IMG/VR virus record: IMGVR_UViG_3300036766_001014 | Location: 1-64,000 of that record | Source: a virus | Strand: one strand, 5' to 3' | Length of the DNA: 64,000 nucleotides | Shown here: piece after piece, positions 54,839 to 63,651 of the stretch | Position numbering within the stretch: position 1 is the stretch's first letter | How the letters are laid out: each line of letters begins with the position of its first letter | Made by a program: the position numbers and the translations under genes | Notes under the pieces: model-generated | Databases searched by the model: none | Told to the model about the DNA's origin: nothing | What the model saw: only the letters and a program-made list of their open reading frames with translations

Positions 54839-55036
54839 ATGATCTACCGGGCAAGCGCAAGATTCTTGGCGTGGTGGCAGAAGTTCGCTCACGACCGGCT
54901 CGGCTGGCCGGTCGTCACGCCAGGTCAGGCGGTCGGGTTCGACGGGTGTTCGCACATGACGAGATGCGAGGAGTGCGGCGCCCGCGTGCTGCAAGATAGC
55001 AACGGAGATTGGTTTCACGTGGCGGAGCAATGCTAG
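54839..55036 (+). CDS. small Zn-binding protein
   Basis: HDRLGW...FDGCS...CEECG...LQDSNGDWF. Confidence 0.65.
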   Translation: MIYRASARFLAWWQKFAHDRLGWPVVTPGQAVGFDGCSHMTRCEECGARVLQDSNGDWFHVAEQC

Positions 55037-55047
55037 TCTCCGCTGGC

Positions 55048-55122
55048 GCACCTACGCGGCCGAAGCGGCGGCGGTTTACCCCCCTAGATCGCCTCAACAT
55101 GCGGCCCGTAGGTGCGTCTTTC
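55048..55122 (+). terminator. long hairpin with T-tract (terminator or small RNA)
   Basis: GCACCTACG..GGCCG / CGGCC.CGTAGGTGC then GTCTTT. Confidence 0.5.
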
Positions 55123-55139
55123 AATTTGGTCGATCGATC

Positions 55140-57968
55140 ATGAGGGTTCGCGTGTCCGGACTGGTCTGGGTGCCGAAGGCAGAGCTGGGAAACAGCCTGG
55201 CCCAGCTCAAGAAGGCGCTGACCATCGTGCCGAGAAAGTCGGCGTACGCGGATAGCGAGCCGCCGACGCCGGTACCGTGCTGGGCGGAGACGCTCGATGA
55301 GTTCGGGTTGCCGAGGGACTACTTTTTTGGGAGCGCCAAACAGCAGCACGACATCGTTTGGGAGCTGTCCGAGGGCAGCCCAATATCGATCCAAAGCAAC
55401 CTGCGACAGACGGGCGACTACGCCGAGCAGGCGCTCGCGCTGGATACGCTGGAGGCATGGTTTCGCGGCTTCGATACCGCGGCCGATCCTATTTCCGCCG
55501 GTCTGCATCTTGGGGCCATCCTCCAGGCTGATCCTGGATTCGGAAAGACCGCGTCCGCCCTGGAGCTGGCGCGCAGGCTCGGGCGCACGACCCTGATCAT
55601 CGTCCACAAGGAGTTCTTGCTGACGCAGTGGCAGCGACGCATCGAAGCGTTCTTTCCGGACGCCAAGATCGGAATCGTGCGAGAGGACGTGTGCGACTTC
55701 GAGGGCAAGGACATCGTGCTGGCGATGGTGCAGTCGCTGGCGCTCGAAGGGGCAGATGGCAAGCAGCGGTATCCGCTGGCGTTATACAGGCACTTCGGGC
55801 TGATCGTGATCGATGAGTGCTTCGTTGCCGGAACCATGGTCGAGACGCCCGGTGGGCCACGGCCGATAGAGGGCATTCGGCCAGGAGACGCTGTCCTAAA
55901 CGCCGTGGGGCTAGGTAGCGTTGACCGGGTTACGACCAAGCGCGTCGCCGTGGACCGGCTTGTCGTGGTTCGCATTGACGACGGCAGCGAGTTCGTTTGC
56001 ACGGATGAGCATCCGTGGCTGACCCCGCACGGGTGGACGAAGGCCGCAGAGCTTACTCCTGGGGACGCGCTCGTTGCATTCTCCGAGAGCACTGATACCA
56101 TGTCAAGACATGGATATAGCATGCGAGGTGTGCGGGACCCCTTGCAAACCGAGGCTCGACCGGCGTCCAAGGTTCTGCTCGCAGCGATGCTGCGGGTTGG
56201 CCAAGGCGAAGCGGCAGAGGCCATGCGAGGCGTGCGGTCAAGAGGTTGCGAGGAAGGGGAATCGGTTCTGTTCCGTTGTCTGTCAGAGGAGCTGTCACCA
56301 GCGGTTCATGGGAACGCCGGAGATGCGAGCGCGGATGTCAGAGAACGCGAGGCGCCAGCACGCGAAAGACCCAGGTCTTGCAAGGAGATCGTCGGAGCGC
56401 ATGGTCACGCAGAACCCAATGGCAGATCAGGCGACCAGGAGGCTTGTGTCGAGCAAGCTCAAGGCAATGAAGTATCGCCCGGTGAGCCGAGGCGGGAACG
56501 GACGCGGTCTTACGGTTCCTCAGCAAGCTCTGTTGGAGGCGCTGGGCCACGGCTGGGCGCCGGAACTGGCGGTTCCAACCAAGATGTCGCGGGGGAGCGG
56601 CTATCCGACGTCCTACAAGCTGGATTTGGGGAACACGGCGCTGAAACTCGGGATCGAGGTGGACGGGCCCTCGCACGACAGCCCGAGAGCGAGAGCGAAG
56701 GATGGGAAAAAGAGCGCACTGCTGGCCACGCTCGGGTGGCGAGTGTTGCGCGTGCGGAACGAAGCGATCTTGAGCGACGCGGCATCCGCGTTGGCGACGA
56801 TTCGCGTGTGGATGTCTTCAACCTGAGCGTCTCTGGCCATCCGTCGTATGTGTTGGCGAATGGCTTGGTGGTGCACAACTGTCACCGCATCGGGGCTCTC
56901 ACGTGGAGCCAGGTGCCGAAGATGTTCTCGGCGAAGTGGTTGCTCGGACTGACCGCGACGCCGAGGCGCAGAGATGGAGCGGACAAGGTGTTCTGGTGGA
57001 ACATCGGCCAGATCCGGTACGCGGCCAAGACCAAGCGGCCGGTCCTCAGCGTGCGCATGGTGATGGCGAACGTATCGGGCCCGGACATCCTGCGCAGGGA
57101 CGTCTCGCCGAGCATCATCGTCAACGTCCTGGCCAAGCTGTCTGGGCGCAACCGGATCATTGTGCAGGAGATCATCGGAGCGCTGAAGTCGCCGTCCGGG
57201 CGCAAGATCATGGTGCTGAGCGAGCGGCTCGAACATCTCCGTGAGCTTGACTCATTGCTGCGACAGGAAGCGGACAGGGCTGGGATCGAGGTCTCAACCG
57301 GGTTCTACACGGGCGAGTGGTTCACCGGCGATCGCAGCGAGAAGCTCGCGCAAGGCCACTGGGACATGAACAACGGCGGTCGCAAGAAGGCGGAGGACGC
57401 AATCTACACGTCTCTCTCCAGGCGGAAGCTGGAGTCAGACGAGGCCAGGGCCGTGGACAAGGATCAGGACGGGACGAAAGTGATCGTCTTCAACGGCGGC
57501 GAACGGGTGCCGCTGAGCGACTTGCCCGAGCAGGCGCTGTATTCCCTCGCGCGCAGCTATGACATCAAGCAGAAGGTGACCGAGAAGAAGCGTCGCAGGA
57601 CCGAGGAGGAGCTGGCCGAGGCTGAGCGAGCCCGCGTGATCTGGGCTACGTATCAGATGACTTCTGAAGGTATCGACATCCCGGCGGTGGACACGATCGG
57701 ATTCGCGACGCCAATCAGCGACGTCGAGCAGTCATACGGCCGCGGTCGGCGCGTCTGCGTGCCCGTGGCGCACGGCGGCGACAAGACTCCGGAGGCATGT
57801 ACGCGACTGTGTTCTTGGCGGGCGGCGACCTGCACCGGTAAGCCGGTTGGAATGGCATTTGACGTGGTAGACGTACAAGTCCCGCTCGCGACCAGGCGCA
57901 GCAAGTACCGGCGGGAGTTTTACGAGAGCGTAGGGGCTCGCGTCGTAGATATTGACACTCGCAAATAA
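55140..57968 (+). CDS. SF2 helicase (UvsW/XPB-like) with intein
   Basis: PGFGKT, DE/CH split by the intein, GLTATPRRRDG, EGIDIP, QSYGRGRR. Confidence 0.9.
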   Translation: MRVRVSGLVWVPKAELGNSLAQLKKALTIVPRKSAYADSEPPTPVPCWAETLDEFGLPRDYFFGSAKQQHDIVWELSEGSPISIQSNLRQTGDYAEQALALDTLEAWFRGFDTAADPISAGLHLGAILQADPGFGKTASALELARRLGRTTLIIVHKEFLLTQWQRRIEAFFPDAKIGIVREDVCDFEGKDIVLAMVQSLALEGADGKQRYPLALYRHFGLIVIDECFVAGTMVETPGGPRPIEGIRPGDAVLNAVGLGSVDRVTTKRVAVDRLVVVRIDDGSEFVCTDEHPWLTPHGWTKAAELTPGDALVAFSESTDTMSRHGYSMRGVRDPLQTEARPASKVLLAAMLRVGQGEAAEAMRGVRSRGCEEGESVLFRCLSEELSPAVHGNAGDASADVREREAPARERPRSCKEIVGAHGHAEPNGRSGDQEACVEQAQGNEVSPGEPRRERTRSYGSSASSVGGAGPRLGAGTGGSNQDVAGERLSDVLQAGFGEHGAETRDRGGRALARQPESESEGWEKERTAGHARVASVARAERSDLERRGIRVGDDSRVDVFNLSVSGHPSYVLANGLVVHNCHRIGALTWSQVPKMFSAKWLLGLTATPRRRDGADKVFWWNIGQIRYAAKTKRPVLSVRMVMANVSGPDILRRDVSPSIIVNVLAKLSGRNRIIVQEIIGALKSPSGRKIMVLSERLEHLRELDSLLRQEADRAGIEVSTGFYTGEWFTGDRSEKLAQGHWDMNNGGRKKAEDAIYTSLSRRKLESDEARAVDKDQDGTKVIVFNGGERVPLSDLPEQALYSLARSYDIKQKVTEKKRRRTEEELAEAERARVIWATYQMTSEGIDIPAVDTIGFATPISDVEQSYGRGRRVCVPVAHGGDKTPEACTRLCSWRAATCTGKPVGMAFDVVDVQVPLATRRSKYRREFYESVGARVVDIDTRK
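56074..56101 (+). promoter_or_regulatory. internal promoter candidate within intein
   Basis: TTGCAT-N16-TACCAT, ATG 8 nt downstream. Confidence 0.55.
56110..56826 (+). CDS. Vsr/DUF559-like endonuclease with Zn-finger repeats, nested in the +1 frame of the intein
   Basis: CEVCG...FCSQRC, CEACG...FCSVVC, YKLDLG...IEVDGPSH...D..K...L...GWRVLRVRN. Confidence 0.85.
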   Translation: MDIACEVCGTPCKPRLDRRPRFCSQRCCGLAKAKRQRPCEACGQEVARKGNRFCSVVCQRSCHQRFMGTPEMRARMSENARRQHAKDPGLARRSSERMVTQNPMADQATRRLVSSKLKAMKYRPVSRGGNGRGLTVPQQALLEALGHGWAPELAVPTKMSRGSGYPTSYKLDLGNTALKLGIEVDGPSHDSPRARAKDGKKSALLATLGWRVLRVRNEAILSDAASALATIRVWMSST

Positions 57969-58011
57969 TGATGTAAGTTGGTGGGTAACAGCCAGATTCG
58001 GAGGTCGAGCG

Positions 58012-58557
58012 ATGCCGAACAAACCCGGCTATTTTGAAAAGTATTACGAGGAGAACAAGGGCAAGATCAGCTCCAATCGGAAGCGGAAGTACGAATCCGA
58101 TCCGGAGTACAGATCGCGCGTGATGGCGGCCTCGCGCGACTATCGCGAGACACATAGGTCAGAAGACCGCATCCGCATGCCGCGCTATCAGAAGCCGATC
58201 ATCGAGAAGGCTGGCGACGAAAGCGACGTTGTGCTGTTCAGCGTTGGCGCGATGGCGGTATACCTGGACCGCAGCGTTCAGGCGATCAACCACTGGGAGC
58301 GCGCTGGAATTCTGCCTCCGACACCGTACCGCGACGAGCGCGGCTTTAGGTTCTATACGACCGACATGATGGCGGCCGTGCGCGATGCCGTGGGCAACAA
58401 GCGCCGTCTGTTCCCGGTCGATCCGCAGATGAGGGAGAATGTGCTTAGGGCGTGGAAAGAGTGCGGCGTTCCGGTCAAGGCCCAGAGCATGAAGGCGGCC
58501 CTGGCGAACACGGTCGCTGTCCCGCAGCGTCGGCCCTCGCGCGCGACCGCGAAGTGA
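58012..58557 (+). CDS. MerR-like HTH protein
   Basis: FSVGAMAVYLDRSVQAINHWERAGILP...GFRFYT. Confidence 0.8.
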   Translation: MPNKPGYFEKYYEENKGKISSNRKRKYESDPEYRSRVMAASRDYRETHRSEDRIRMPRYQKPIIEKAGDESDVVLFSVGAMAVYLDRSVQAINHWERAGILPPTPYRDERGFRFYTTDMMAAVRDAVGNKRRLFPVDPQMRENVLRAWKECGVPVKAQSMKAALANTVAVPQRRPSRATAK

Positions 58558-58562
58558 ATGGC

Positions 58563-58907
58563 ATGGCAGAAGAAACAAAGAGCACGATCGCTGCGCCGAT
58601 CGTTGTGACCGTTGATCATCGGTTTGTGCGAGCCAATGGCAGCACGCTCTGCGTGACCAAGAGCGAGGATCTGTCGGAGACAAAGGAGTTCGCGACGAGG
58701 CCAGCGGTTGTGCGCCGCGCGTTCGGAGTGACCCTGAACCAGGGCAACTACGAATCGTCTCGCATAGACGTCAGCGTGGAAGTTCCTTGCTACTTAGAGG
58801 ATTTGGAGCGCGCCGATGAGTTCGCGCGTGACTTCTGTGAACAGCGTCTGCGCGCCGAGGTCATGCTCATCAAGCCAGAGAAGAAGTCCGCAGCAGGGCC
58901 GTTCTAG
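58563..58907 (+). CDS. conserved phage hypothetical protein
   Basis: GVTLNQGNYESSRIDV. Confidence 0.75.
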   Translation: MAEETKSTIAAPIVVTVDHRFVRANGSTLCVTKSEDLSETKEFATRPAVVRRAFGVTLNQGNYESSRIDVSVEVPCYLEDLERADEFARDFCEQRLRAEVMLIKPEKKSAAGPF

Positions 58908-58916
58908 GAAAACTCG

Positions 58917-60188
58917 ATGACGGCAACAAAGCTCACGCAGGTAGCCAAGACGCTACAGGCCAAGTATGGCAGCGGCGCCATTGGCCGTGGCGACACGACT
59001 CCATCCGAGGATCGCAGAATGACCACCGGGTCATTGCGGCTTGACGCAGTGCTGGGCGGAGGCATCCGGGTCGGATGGGTGACGTCGTTCTATGGGGAGA
59101 AGTCCGGCGGCAAGAGCACGACCGCCATCCGCTGCATGGGGATCGCGCAGAACCATTGCCGCAACTGTCTGCGGCCGGTCAAGGACGTGCAGGCGGCTCC
59201 GCCAGAAGGGGTCGCGTCGGAGGACGTCAAGACATCTCGGTGGGGCGCAACCGGAACGTGTACCTGCTATGCCGAGGGGCTCTATCAGCCAGATCCTCCG
59301 CCAAAGGAAACCGGCGAGTCGCCCAAGGTCTACCGCGAGCGGGTCGAAGCCTGGATAGAGAAGCTCAAGGACAACTCCTACGAGGAGATGGTCTGTGCCT
59401 GGATCGACATGGAGCACTCGTTCGACAAGGGTTGGGCGGTCAGGCTCGGCCTCGACACGCGCCGCTTGCTCTACGTGAGGCCGGAGTCGGCCGAGGAGTC
59501 GCTCGACATCATTGCTGCCCTGATTGGCACGATCGAAGTGGACATGCTGTGCATCGACTCGATCGCGAACCTCACTCCGACCAAGGAGCTGACGGACTCG
59601 ATGGAGCAATGGCAGCAAGGTCTCCAGGCGAGGCTGGTCAACAAGGGCATTCGCAAGCTCATCACCGGATCGTCATCGGTAGCCAACGCGCATCGGACAA
59701 TCACGCAAATCTGGATCAACCAGGTGCGTGACAAGATCACGATGTTCGGCGATCCGACCGTGAAGCCGGGCGGCAAGGGCCAGGAGTTTGCGGTTCATGC
59801 AGAGGTGAAGTTCAGCAAGTCCAAGATCGAAATGGACACCGAGCAGTACGGCGCGAAGGACGAGGTTATCAAGATCCCGCGCATGGAGACGTTTTCGTTC
59901 AAGTGCACCAAGAACAGGACGGCCGGTACGAAGGACTCGGAGGGATTCTACATACAGCGCGTGCGAGACACCGAGGCCGGGAAAGCTGGCGAGATCGTAG
60001 ATGGCGAGGAGGTCTACGCGCTTGCGATGCACTACCTCGTTGATTCGAGCAAGAAGGGCGCCTATCGGCTCGCCGATCGTGAGTACACGAGTCAGAAGGC
60101 CATTGCCGTCGATCTTCGAGATGACGCCGGTCTCTATTCGGCCGTACGCGCCGCACTGCTAGCCAAGCTGATCAAGGGCGCGCGGTGA
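58917..60188 (+). CDS. recA: RecA/UvsX-like recombinase with Cys-containing insertion
   Basis: TGSLRLD..LGGG, GEKSGGKST, WIDMEHSFD, IDSIANL, INQVRDKI, PGGKG. Confidence 0.9.
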   Translation: MTATKLTQVAKTLQAKYGSGAIGRGDTTPSEDRRMTTGSLRLDAVLGGGIRVGWVTSFYGEKSGGKSTTAIRCMGIAQNHCRNCLRPVKDVQAAPPEGVASEDVKTSRWGATGTCTCYAEGLYQPDPPPKETGESPKVYRERVEAWIEKLKDNSYEEMVCAWIDMEHSFDKGWAVRLGLDTRRLLYVRPESAEESLDIIAALIGTIEVDMLCIDSIANLTPTKELTDSMEQWQQGLQARLVNKGIRKLITGSSSVANAHRTITQIWINQVRDKITMFGDPTVKPGGKGQEFAVHAEVKFSKSKIEMDTEQYGAKDEVIKIPRMETFSFKCTKNRTAGTKDSEGFYIQRVRDTEAGKAGEIVDGEEVYALAMHYLVDSSKKGAYRLADREYTSQKAIAVDLRDDAGLYSAVRAALLAKLIKGAR

Positions 60189-60191
60189 CAC

Positions 60192-60638
60192 GTGGTAGAT
60201 CGATCAAAACCACGGCACGTGCCGCCGCTGCTCCAGGATCCGGCTGCGGTCAGCAAGCGCGACTCGAACATCCGTAAGCCGAGCCGACAAGAGAAGTCCG
60301 TGGCCGTGGCCGTAGGCGGCAGACGTCAGCCTGGGTCCGGCGCCTTCTCTGGATTGAAGGGCGACGTTCGGCGCTCAGGCCGGTTTCCAATGCTTGTCGA
60401 GTGCAAGCGGGTATCCGGCCAGGAAAGCATCCGCGTCGAGCTGAAGCATCTGGCCAAGATCACCGCCGAGGCCCTCGACAAGGGAGCCAACCCGGCGCTG
60501 TCCATTCAGTTTGATGAGGATGTTACCAGGGCGCTCTCGCTAAGGCTTGGTTTTGCGCCAGCGAGCGCTGACTGGATCGCGGTGCCGCTGTCCGTGTTCA
60601 GAGCAATGCTCGAAACGCTTGGCGAGGAGGCGCTGTGA
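60192..60638 (+). CDS. PD-(D/E)xK nuclease, Holliday-junction-resolvase-like
   Basis: QE..VA...GGRRQPGSGA...KGDV...LVECK. Confidence 0.8.
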   Translation: MVDRSKPRHVPPLLQDPAAVSKRDSNIRKPSRQEKSVAVAVGGRRQPGSGAFSGLKGDVRRSGRFPMLVECKRVSGQESIRVELKHLAKITAEALDKGANPALSIQFDEDVTRALSLRLGFAPASADWIAVPLSVFRAMLETLGEEAL

Positions 60639-61009
60639 GCACGCTGGTAGAAGACATGCTTGGCAAGGCCGTGAAGCGGGTAGGGCGCATCAAGAAGCCG
60701 GACTGGTTGGCCTACCATCTCCATGGCGACCACTGGGAACAGGTGTCGGCCGCAATGATGGTCGTGCTCGACGAGGCAAAGGGACATGGGGCGAAAAAAC
60801 CGCTCGCCCTTCTGCAAGAGCTGGCGTTTTCCAAGTCTCTTGAGCCGTCCGAGCGGGGGAGCGTGGCGCTGCAAACAGTTGCGCTGTGGCTCACGAGCAC
60901 GCGCATCCACGCCGAGTCGTACGCGAAAGACAAGAACGAAACCGATCGTCGAGTGCTTGAACAGCGCGGGCTGATCAAAAGGAGCGAGGATGCTGAAGGA
61001 CGTCCTTGA
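60635..61009 (+). CDS. hypothetical protein
   Basis: GAGG RBS, GTGA overlap. Confidence 0.65.
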   Translation: MSTLVEDMLGKAVKRVGRIKKPDWLAYHLHGDHWEQVSAAMMVVLDEAKGHGAKKPLALLQELAFSKSLEPSERGSVALQTVALWLTSTRIHAESYAKDKNETDRRVLEQRGLIKRSEDAEGRP

Positions 61010-61862
61010 CGAGATCGCGGCTCACCGCGAGAACCATCGCTGGCTACTGCCGCCGCTGCTGGAATCGATCGCGCATAGCCGCGAGGTCCCGCCGCCTAAG
61101 CACGACTCCTGGTTCAGCGCATCACGAGTGCCGACTATGTGCCCGAAGGCATTGGTCCTGGCTGCCAGGATGGGCTTGCCGATGGCAGACAACACCGATG
61201 CTAAGGCCAGGTGGTTCATGGACCGCGGCTCGGCGTTGCACGCAATGTTCCAGAGCTACTGGCTTGGGCCGACCGGTTGGCTGCTCGGTGGGTGGGCATG
61301 TAGGGCATGTGCGAAGCTGCATGGCGGCTCCGGCGATGATCGTTGGTCAATCGTTCTGGAAAACGCTGTCGCCTTGCCCGAAAAGTGTGACAGGTGCGGA
61401 GCTGTGCCGCGTAGGCAAGAACCGTGGCAGTTCGTCGAGCCGTACGCGGCCGACAACGATCTGCGCGTGCGCGGCCGCACGGACGGGTTCCTGCGGATGC
61501 CAGGGCGCGGCTTCGAGGTCATGGACCTCAAGTTCATATCCCGGCTCGATCTGATTCGGGTCGCACCAAAGGCCGATCACGTAGCTCAGCTCCATTGGTA
61601 TCTCGATGCCTCGTCGCTGAAGACGGGTCGAATCGTCTACGTTGACCCTGGAGCAAAGAGCGTCGAGGAGGCTATGGTGGAGCATCTGGTGGCGTTCGAC
61701 GCGGCATTGATGCAACGGGAGAAGGAGAAAGTCCGTGCCACGCGCCAAGCGCTCAGCGACGAAAGAAGACCTGTCCCAGCTTGTCCGTATGGTGGAAAAG
61801 GCGCGTATGGGGAGTGCCCATGCGTCGAAGTGGCGGTGCTCTGGGCCCGTTCTCGGCGTTGA
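60990..61862 (+). CDS. Cas4-like/PD-(D/E)xK exonuclease
   Basis: SAS....CP, G..LH, GRTDG...DLK, QLHWY, terminal Cys cluster. Confidence 0.85.
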   Translation: MLKDVLDEIAAHRENHRWLLPPLLESIAHSREVPPPKHDSWFSASRVPTMCPKALVLAARMGLPMADNTDAKARWFMDRGSALHAMFQSYWLGPTGWLLGGWACRACAKLHGGSGDDRWSIVLENAVALPEKCDRCGAVPRRQEPWQFVEPYAADNDLRVRGRTDGFLRMPGRGFEVMDLKFISRLDLIRVAPKADHVAQLHWYLDASSLKTGRIVYVDPGAKSVEEAMVEHLVAFDAALMQREKEKVRATRQALSDERRPVPACPYGGKGAYGECPCVEVAVLWARSRR

Positions 61863-62355
61863 CCTGGCGCTGGATTACACGGGCCTGTCGATCTACACGG
61901 CAGACGGGCACCACCAGCGGTGTCTGACAATCCAGGAGAAGCTGGCTCGGCGCACCAAGAACGATCCGCCAGTGGCGGAGGTCGAGCGCATCATGCGGAT
62001 GCTCCGCGTGGCCAACGAAATTGTCCACGTAGTAGAGATGTTCAAGATCCGGCACGTCGGCATCGAGGGACCGGCGCACAACGCCAGGTACCAGTCTCAT
62101 CAGCTCGGCGAGGTGGCAGGCATCGTAAAATCTCAGCTCTGGCTGAAGTTCAAGATCGTGCCGCGGATCGTCCCGCCGTCTAGCGCGCGCAAGCACGTGT
62201 TGGGTTATGGTGGCTCCATCCCGAAGGACCGGGTGACTGCCGCGGTTCGTGAGGGATTGGGAATCGCGGCTGCAAACGATCACGAAGCCGATGCCACCGT
62301 TGTCGCGCGCTATACGTTCGATTCGGTAGTGGCAGAGGAGAAGGAGCTGGAGTGA
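61807..62355 (+). CDS. RuvC-like resolvase (start uncertain)
   Basis: VLGVDLA..YTG, VGIEG, LGEVAG, DHEADA. Confidence 0.85.
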   Translation: MGSAHASKWRCSGPVLGVDLALDYTGLSIYTADGHHQRCLTIQEKLARRTKNDPPVAEVERIMRMLRVANEIVHVVEMFKIRHVGIEGPAHNARYQSHQLGEVAGIVKSQLWLKFKIVPRIVPPSSARKHVLGYGGSIPKDRVTAAVREGLGIAAANDHEADATVVARYTFDSVVAEEKELE

Positions 62356-63344
62356 TGGCAATGACCGATGGCGATGGGGACGACTTTTCTGGACTGGCTG
62401 TTGTGAGTGGCGGGGCGGCCGTGGTGGACATAGGCAGCGCGGCGCTGCGCAGGGGCGATTTGGACAAGCTGAGATCGCGCGTGCTCGTGCTGCGCGACGA
62501 GATGGGCGAGGCGTACTTCGAGCTTGGTCGCCTGCTGCACCGGATCAACAAGGACGGGCTCTACGTTCATTGGCTTGGGCCAGACAGCAAGCCGTACGAG
62601 AGCTTTCACGACTACGTCGAGCACGAGGTCGATTTCGAGTTCCGCAAAGCGAAGTACCTCATGTCGATCTGGTGGTGGTTCGCCGAGGAGCTTGGCGACA
62701 AAGAGGTCATGGAAAAGGTAAAGCAGATTGGCTGGACGAAGGCCGCGATGCTCGTGGGCGTGGTGGACAGCAAGAATGCTGACGTGTGGATTGGCAAGGC
62801 CAAGGCGCTGAAGGTCAGGGATCTGCGTGAGCAAACGCGCTTTGCGATCGAAGCGGCTCAGCGCGGCCGCAGGCCGGACAGGCTTCGCGACGCAGGGCAG
62901 ACCAATGGCGATCGGGAGCCTCTGCCGCTTCCGCAGCCTCTTGTCGCAGCTCCAGATCAGGCGAAGGACGAGCGCAGGGGCATCGATCCGCTGACGCCGG
63001 AGGAGGAGAAGGAACACACGTCGTTGTGGGCCGTGAAGGTCACCGGCGATCAGCGTGTGAACATCGAGTTGGCAATCGACGCCGCCCATCACATCGCGGA
63101 GAGCGATCCGGATACCAAGGGGTACCTGCTCGACCTCGTGGCTACGTCGTTTTTGGCAACGCGCGGCGGAGCGGTAGGGAACAACAACAGGGAGGACAAG
63201 ATCAACTTCCGCAACGACGTGCTGCGCGCTATCGAGCGGACGTTCGCAGTGGATCTGATCGCCGTGGAGCGCGGGACCGACAGGCCGCTGTTCGGCAAAG
63301 CCGTGATTGATCGACTGGCAGGCGGAGGCGACGATGCAAGTTAG
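62355..63344 (+). CDS. hypothetical phage protein
   Basis: ELGRLL......LY....YESFHDYV..E...RKA.YL; IGWTKA. Confidence 0.75.
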   Translation: MAMTDGDGDDFSGLAVVSGGAAVVDIGSAALRRGDLDKLRSRVLVLRDEMGEAYFELGRLLHRINKDGLYVHWLGPDSKPYESFHDYVEHEVDFEFRKAKYLMSIWWWFAEELGDKEVMEKVKQIGWTKAAMLVGVVDSKNADVWIGKAKALKVRDLREQTRFAIEAAQRGRRPDRLRDAGQTNGDREPLPLPQPLVAAPDQAKDERRGIDPLTPEEEKEHTSLWAVKVTGDQRVNIELAIDAAHHIAESDPDTKGYLLDLVATSFLATRGGAVGNNNREDKINFRNDVLRAIERTFAVDLIAVERGTDRPLFGKAVIDRLAGGGDDAS

Positions 63345-63576
63345 CCGGGAGTACGCGCTCAGGGAGCTTGAATCAATAGCAGCCACGCTCGCTGAGTGGG
63401 GCAGAGAGCTGCATTGTCCAGCCGAGCTGACGGCCGACGCCGTGGAGCGATCTGTCTACCCGGACGGAGTCCCCGCTGGGCTGAGCGTGGACGATGTCGA
63501 AGGCTTTCCGGGGACACAGTTTCGAGCAGAGCTGATGGCAATCGCGGGAAGACTCGAAGCGCTGGCCTCGTTCTGA
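63334..63576 (+). CDS. hypothetical protein
   Basis: GGAGG RBS. Confidence 0.6.
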   Translation: MQVSREYALRELESIAATLAEWGRELHCPAELTADAVERSVYPDGVPAGLSVDDVEGFPGTQFRAELMAIAGRLEALASF

Positions 63577-63651
63577 GCCTTCGGTGGCTCGCTTGTAGGC
63601 GGTCCTTGCTATACCACTGTGTTTTGTCAACAATGGTGGTCAGGGAAGTAT

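Larger units (their letters stand above)
55818..56879 (+). mobile_element. intein (354 aa) with dual-coding central region
   Basis: CFVAGT start, CTDEHPW block B, VFNLSV..HPSY...VVHN/C end. Confidence 0.95.

Noticed and set aside
59150-59400. Intein in RecA
   Set aside because: The insertion lacks the N-terminal block A and the C-terminal HN-C/S/T.
60990-61862. Cas4-like gene as evidence of CRISPR-Cas
   Set aside because: There is no array or other cas gene. It sits in a recombination module, as is common for phage exonucleases.
5862-63386. Many long antisense ORFs (e.g. 5862-7091, 26026-27408, 40978-42138, 62310-63386)
   Set aside because: They are shadow frames expected from high-GC codon bias and have no motifs, unlike the nested 56110 ORF.
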